Positions 59,564 through 64,000 of a stretch of 64,000 nucleotides of DNA are shown piece by piece (position 1 is the first letter of the stretch; each line of letters begins with the position of its first letter). A model generated the notes under the pieces. That model ran no database searches. It saw only the letters and a program-made list of their open reading frames with translations, and had not been told where the DNA came from. The position numbers were made by a program, and so were the translations under genes. Origin of the DNA: Polyangiales bacterium (GTDB taxonomy: Bacteria > Myxococcota_A > Polyangia > Polyangiales > Houyiibacteriaceae); NCBI GenBank assembly GCA_045106895.1, contig JBGCFM010000024.1:32001-96000 (forward strand). The letters are read 5' to 3'.

Positions 59564-60253
59564 CTACACCTCGAACCCTCTGCCTGCTTTCGCGCGGCGT
59601 TTGTATTTTCGTTCGTCGAATCGGTACAGACGCGCGGCTCGGTGGGCGACGTCGCGTTCCACCTCGTCGAGTTCTTCCAGCACGTCCATCGCGAGGATCT
59701 TTTTGCGGAAATTGCGCCGGTCGAGGGGAGTTTCGAGGACGGTCTCGTAGAGTCCACGCAGTTGGCTCAGGGTGAACTTCTTGGGAAGCAGTTCAAAGCC
59801 GATGGGCTCGCGGCGCACCTTCGTCTTTAGCCGCTCAAGAGCTTGCTGGACGATGAGTTCGTGGTCGAAGGCGAGGGAAGGAACATCCCACACAGCAAAC
59901 CAGCGGGCGTCGCAGGCGTCCGTGGCGGCTTGGATGCGGTGGTCGCGCAGACGGACGAGGGCGTAGTAGGCGACGGTGACGACCCGGCCTCGGGGATCGC
60001 GCCCCACGTCGTCGAAGGTGCTCAGCTGCTCCAGGTAGGAGCTGGAAAGTCCCGTCTCTTCCTCCAGCTCACGCCGCGCCGCCTCGGGAAGGTCTTCGTC
60101 CATGTGGACGAAACCGCCGGGCAAAGCCCATGAGCCTTCAAAGGGCGGAACGCCGCGCTCGATGAGGAGGATCTTCAGGTCCTCGTCATCGATGCCAAAG
60201 ACCACGCAGTCCACGGTGAGAGCGGGGCGAGGATATTCGTAGGTATGGGTCAC
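59564..60253 (-). CDS. nrtR: NrtR: Nudix-wHTH ADP-ribose-responsive transcriptional regulator
   Basis: WALPGGF...[45 protein letters not shown]. Confidence 0.92.
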   Translation of the reverse strand: MTHTYEYPRPALTVDCVVFGIDDEDLKILLIERGVPPFEGSWALPGGFVHMDEDLPEAARRELEEETGLSSSYLEQLSTFDDVGRDPRGRVVTVAYYALVRLRDHRIQAATDACDARWFAVWDVPSLAFDHELIVQQALERLKTKVRREPIGFELLPKKFTLSQLRGLYETVLETPLDRRNFRKKILAMDVLEELDEVERDVAHRAARLYRFDERKYKRRAKAGRGFEV

Positions 60254-60274
60254 AGTTCTGAAGGCCCGTTTCTC

Positions 60275-60318
60275 TTTGCGTAGATGATACGCATAGCTTA
60301 GCGTATGTCATACACAAA
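60275..60318. promoter_or_regulatory. Two tandem NrtR operator palindromes
   Basis: TTTGCGTAGATGATACGCATA (60275-60295) and TTAGCGTATGTCATACACAAA (60298-60318), each with the GT-N7-AC core. Confidence 0.8.
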
Positions 60319-60329
60319 GAGAAAACGAA

Positions 60330-60941
60330 ATGAAATTAGAGACACGAAACTACGAAGAGCAGCAAAAGGAGTGGCCCCAGGAAGGGCGTCATATCCTCGC
60401 TCACTACGATGACGAGAGCGTCGTCGTCTACCAGGCGTACTCACCGCGCATTGGCCACTTCGCTGCGAAGCACGGCTACTTCGGTGGCGACTTTTCCTAC
60501 GGACGCATGAGCTGGATCAAACCCAACTTCCTCTGGATGATGTACCGCTCCGGCTGGGGCGTGAAGCAGGACCAAGAGGTAACGCTCGCCGTGCGGCTCA
60601 AGCGGGAAGGCTTCGACACGATTCTCCGGAGCGCCGTTCCATCGAGCGCGAGCCGGGGAGAGATCAAGAACTCGGACATACGTCTCCAGTGGGATCCTGA
60701 TCACGGACCCGACGGCGCGAACCAAGCGCGACGAGCGATTCAGCTGGGACTCCGCGGCGAGGCCCTCAAGCGTTATGGCCGCGAGTGGATCGTGTCTATT
60801 GAAGACATCTCGGAGTTCGTCGCGCAGCAGCGAGCATACGTGGACGAACACTCGCGCTTAAGAACGCCGAAGGAACGTATTTATCCACCGGCGGATGAAG
60901 AGACCGCCCAGCGACTTCGCATAGAGAGACCAATGCGATGA
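60330..60941 (+). CDS. DUF4291 family protein
   Basis: VYQAY, RMSWIKPNFLWMMYRSGW, QWDPD, RRAIQLGL. Confidence 0.9.
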   Translation: MKLETRNYEEQQKEWPQEGRHILAHYDDESVVVYQAYSPRIGHFAAKHGYFGGDFSYGRMSWIKPNFLWMMYRSGWGVKQDQEVTLAVRLKREGFDTILRSAVPSSASRGEIKNSDIRLQWDPDHGPDGANQARRAIQLGLRGEALKRYGREWIVSIEDISEFVAQQRAYVDEHSRLRTPKERIYPPADEETAQRLRIERPMR

Positions 60942-61354
60942 ATCCCTTCTTCGCGCTCGGTGGTGTTCTTACGGTTTCGGCCTTTTCTTGGGCTTGGGCC
61001 CAGCCTTGGATTGCGCGGCGTCGGCACGAGCAGTACCTCGCGGGGCTCTTGCTTGAACCCCTCGAGACGCTGGCCGAGCGGATAAAGAACACGCTTCGTT
61101 CGCCGGGTTGGGGCTGGGAGAGTTTCTCCGCTGCGCAGAGGATTCTCGCAGGGAACGCGTGGACCGAGCAGATGCTACTCGACGGGTTGAAGGAGCTTCA
61201 GCAGGAAGTGGCGGCGTCGGACCAAGCGGCGGGACGTAGTGGCCGGGATTGCGACCGGTTCCATTACTACGACTGTGGGCTTATGGGTTTCTACGAAGCG
61301 TTGATCCAGCGTCTCGCACACGGAGACGGAACGAAGAAGACCCAGAAGCGTTAG
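60938..61354 (+). CDS. Hypothetical membrane-anchored protein
   Basis: ATG overlaps the DUF4291 stop by 4 bp; N-terminal hydrophobic helix. Confidence 0.6.
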   Translation: MNPFFALGGVLTVSAFSWAWAQPWIARRRHEQYLAGLLLEPLETLAERIKNTLRSPGWGWESFSAAQRILAGNAWTEQMLLDGLKELQQEVAASDQAAGRSGRDCDRFHYYDCGLMGFYEALIQRLAHGDGTKKTQKR

Positions 61355-61386
61355 CCCCTGGGTCTTGGTCGTTGCTCTAACGAGTC

Positions 61387-62325
61387 TTAGAGAGCGCGAA
61401 GCTTGCGCTCTGCGTCCTTGCGGAGCGTGAGCCACATGAAGTTTCGAAGGTCGAAGAGGTCGACGGGGTTGAGCCCGGCTTCCTTGAGCGTCTTGCTCGC
61501 GTCGATGGTCATCTGCTCGAGGAGCTCGTAGGTGCCGAGGTCCGGCGTCATCTCAAGCTGAAGCTTGGGCATGAGGCTACGTGCCTGGTCGCGGAACGCC
61601 GTTGGGCGAATGCAGACGTGGGCGTGTGGATCGACGAGAGCCGCGAGGGACGTCGACAGAGCCCAGGTGGGTCGCACCTTGGCGGAGTGAAGCGCTTCGA
61701 GGAAGCGGTTGAAGCGGTCGGCGTACGCGCCTTCTCCGTGGAGGAGGTCGTAGGCGCCGATGCCCACAAGCTTTTCGCCCACTTCGCTGTCGATGCCGGT
61801 GATGGCTTTGCGCTCAGCGGAGGAGAGAAGGTCGGTTCCGAGGACAACGCCACGAACGGCGTCGAGGATTCCGGTCCAGTCTTCTGCCTCGCGAAGAGGT
61901 TCCATGACCTCCTTGGCCAGCGCGGTCTTCACCTTCTCGATGGCTGGGTCGATGTGCGCGCGCTTGCTCGTCGTCTCGCTGGAGCGGTACGCCTTGCGGT
62001 AGCGCTCTTCGGCGAAGCCTTCCGGCAACGCTGCGCGGAAAAGCGCAATCTGATCGCCGAAGGTCATGGACGCCTTCACGCGGCCATCGCGTGCAGCCGA
62101 CGAGAGGTCGTTGTGACGCAGAAGAGTGCGAAGCTTACGAACCGACGCCTTCGCGTCGTCTTCGGCAGGGTTTACAGGTTCGAGGAGCGAGTAAAAGCGC
62201 TCTGAGATCGAACGCACCTGGCCATCTTCAAACTGGTACTGGCGGCGGTCTTCTGTTTCAGAGGCCAGAACAGCGCGGCCCCACTCGGGTCGGGCCTTGT
62301 GAATAAACAGCTGCTGATGAGACAA
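61387..62325 (-). CDS. Hypothetical protein
   Basis: 312-aa ORF with GC-rich third positions; HKARPEWG...YQFEDG..R N-terminus; AGGAG before TTG. Confidence 0.75.
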   Translation of the reverse strand: MSHQQLFIHKARPEWGRAVLASETEDRRQYQFEDGQVRSISERFYSLLEPVNPAEDDAKASVRKLRTLLRHNDLSSAARDGRVKASMTFGDQIALFRAALPEGFAEERYRKAYRSSETTSKRAHIDPAIEKVKTALAKEVMEPLREAEDWTGILDAVRGVVLGTDLLSSAERKAITGIDSEVGEKLVGIGAYDLLHGEGAYADRFNRFLEALHSAKVRPTWALSTSLAALVDPHAHVCIRPTAFRDQARSLMPKLQLEMTPDLGTYELLEQMTIDASKTLKEAGLNPVDLFDLRNFMWLTLRKDAERKLRAL

Positions 62326-62455
62326 GCGAGACGCTCCTATCGCGGCAAAGCCTTAGGTGTCGCCCCACGCGAGACCGCTTTGCTGGAGGGATGGTCTAGC
62401 CCAAAACAAGCCACTGTCGAGGCGTAGGGATCACGAAAGATGCCAAAAAACGCAC

Positions 62456-62492
62456 AAAAAACGCCCTCAGCGGGGCTGAGGGCGCTCTTTTT
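62456..62492. terminator. Intrinsic terminator (probably bidirectional) after the spy-like gene
   Basis: A-run, cgccctcagc-ggg-gctgagggcg 10-bp stem, T-run. Confidence 0.85.
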
Positions 62493-62507
62493 GATGTTGA
62501 AAGTCGT

Positions 62508-63251
62508 TTACTGGGCGCTAGGACCGCCCCGGCGACCGTGGCCTCGGCCTCTCCGGCCATGGCGTCCGCGCTCTCCGCGCTCGGCCCGACGCGCCGTGCG
62601 AATCGCTTTTTGCTCGTCGGTGAGGACGTTGTTGATGGCACTCCGGGTGCGCTCACGGACGGCCTGTGTCGCGCCTGCAGCATCTCCGTTTCGCCGGGCC
62701 TGGGCGCGGTCGGTGTGGGACTGCTCAAGAATCGAGGTGACACGCTGAGCTTGGGCGGGGGTGAGAGAGAGGTGTTCCGTCATTCGCTCGACACGATGCG
62801 TGAGTCGTTCCGCCTGACGTGTGCTGCGAAGGGTCTGCAGCTGAGTGCGTTGCGCAGGGGTCAGTACCTCACCGACCAAGCGGCGACTCTCGCTTCGTAG
62901 TGCGCGAAGTGCGCTTCGGTTTGCTTCGGTGCGCTCGGCTCCGCGGAGAGCGCGCATCTGTTCGCGGCTGCTCTGGCGGATAGCGCGAATCTGTTCCTTC
63001 TGGTTGTCGCTGAGGTCTACCTGCCGCAGAAGGCCATGGCCTCGGTGGCCTCGGTGAGCGCGACGACCTCGTCGTGCCGGGGTGCCTTCAGCTCGTTCGC
63101 CGCGGCTGCCACGTCGGGCGCGTCGGTTTGGACGCTCGGAGCTCTCTGCGGCGGAATCGGTGCCCTGAGCGAAGCTCACCTCCGGCGCTACAAAGGCGCC
63201 AAGGGCCAGCGAGAGGGCGAGGGGAGTGAGAATCTTGAGGGGGCTCTTCAT
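62508..63251 (-). CDS. Spy/CpxP family periplasmic chaperone
   Basis: Signal peptide; repeated LSDNQ/LTPAQ/LTDEQ (LTxxQ) motifs; AAGGAAA upstream. Confidence 0.85.
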   Translation of the reverse strand: MKSPLKILTPLALSLALGAFVAPEVSFAQGTDSAAESSERPNRRARRGSRGERAEGTPARRGRRAHRGHRGHGLLRQVDLSDNQKEQIRAIRQSSREQMRALRGAERTEANRSALRALRSESRRLVGEVLTPAQRTQLQTLRSTRQAERLTHRVERMTEHLSLTPAQAQRVTSILEQSHTDRAQARRNGDAAGATQAVRERTRSAINNVLTDEQKAIRTARRAERGERGRHGRRGRGHGRRGGPSAQ

Positions 63252-63302
63252 GGTGCGTTTCCTTTCGAGGACTTGGGCCTCGTAAGAAGAGACGCTTCGG
63301 TT

Positions 63303-63319
63303 CTGAAGCAAACCTTAAG
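63303..63319 (-). promoter_or_regulatory. Candidate OmpR-family direct-repeat box upstream of the spy-like gene
   Basis: Minus strand CTTAAG-N5-CTTCAG, resembling PmrA/QseB-type CTTAAG-N5-CTTAAG. Confidence 0.35.
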
Positions 63320-63434
63320 CAGCCCTCGAAGTACGAATCGTAAAACGACGAAAAGCCCATTGATTACATGTGGATACGCTTTCTTAAGAAAGATCGACAT
63401 TCTCTAAAATATTGTTGATAAGCGCCAAAGTGGT

Positions 63435-63959
63435 ATGAGCTGGAGGATGACAAAGACTCTTGTTTTAGTACTTAGCGGCCTCCTCTTTTGCGCATGTGGG
63501 GATGACGACAGCGTTACCGACTCTGGGCCTGCGACCCCAGACGCCACCGAAGGCATGGACGCCGGACCGGGTGACGACGATGCGGGTCCCGACGAAGAGG
63601 ACGCCGGTCCCGACGAAGAGGATGCAGGTCCGATCACCACCGACGCTGGCCCTCAGGATGTAGGCGTCGACGCGCCCTCTTCCCCGGATGCCGGCCCGAT
63701 GTGCCTGCTCAACAGCGACTGCCCTGACACCGACCTCTGCGCCGAAGTTGAGCCCGGCACGGAGATGTCTTTCTGCATCCCCGGTGAGCGCGGAACGACG
63801 CCATACGGCGACGCGTGCACGACAAGCGAGCAGTGCGTGAGCGGCGCTTGCCTTGAGGACTTCTGCACACAGGAATGCGCTGCGGAAGACGCGTGCCCCA
63901 ACGACAACTTGCCACGTTGCTCGCCCGGCCTGGGACTCTGCGTTCCTGCTGCTGAGTGA
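63435..63959 (+). CDS. Cys-rich lipoprotein with DEEDAGP repeats
   Basis: CACGDDD lipobox; acidic repeats; Cys-rich C-terminus. Confidence 0.78.
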   Translation: MSWRMTKTLVLVLSGLLFCACGDDDSVTDSGPATPDATEGMDAGPGDDDAGPDEEDAGPDEEDAGPITTDAGPQDVGVDAPSSPDAGPMCLLNSDCPDTDLCAEVEPGTEMSFCIPGERGTTPYGDACTTSEQCVSGACLEDFCTQECAAEDACPNDNLPRCSPGLGLCVPAAE

Positions 63960-63964
63960 GCCTC

Positions 63965-64000
63965 ATGTCCCGTACCTTCGATGAGGTTCGCGCAGTCGGC
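63965..64000 (+). CDS. Start of a CDS truncated by the window edge (MSRTFDEVRAVG; possibly MmcQ/YjbR-like)
   Basis: ATG 6 nt after the previous stop; only 12 codons visible. Confidence 0.35.
   Translation, partial: MSRTFDEVRAVG

Overview
This is a gene-dense, high-GC bacterial chromosome segment with about 66 CDS. The gene repertoire points to Myxococcota, probably Polyangia/Sandaracinaceae-like (inference): FHA-GAF sigma-54 activator, Hanks kinases with PEGA-like domains, TonB_C-fused TonB receptor, and Cys-rich lipoproteins with DAG linkers. I found no rRNA, tRNA, CRISPR array, integrase or transposase. Recognisable genes include recF, serS, thiE, aguA/aguB, tatB/tatC, a class II DAHP synthase and ABC transporters. 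Most notable: (1) an NrtR-macrodomain / DUF4291 divergon with two clear GT-N7-AC operators, a candidate ADP-ribose writer/eraser/sensor module; (2) Streptomyces-type crtT-crtU aromatic-carotenoid genes at the end of a coupled recF run; (3) a secreted Fam20/Four-jointed-like kinase next to a DUF2079 membrane protein; (4) a pseudo-Fic protein and a pseudokinase; (5) a structured intergenic element with mutually exclusive pairings; (6) two sigma-54 promoters; (7) a recurring leaderless-promoter signature. All calls come from reading motifs by eye; no searches were run.
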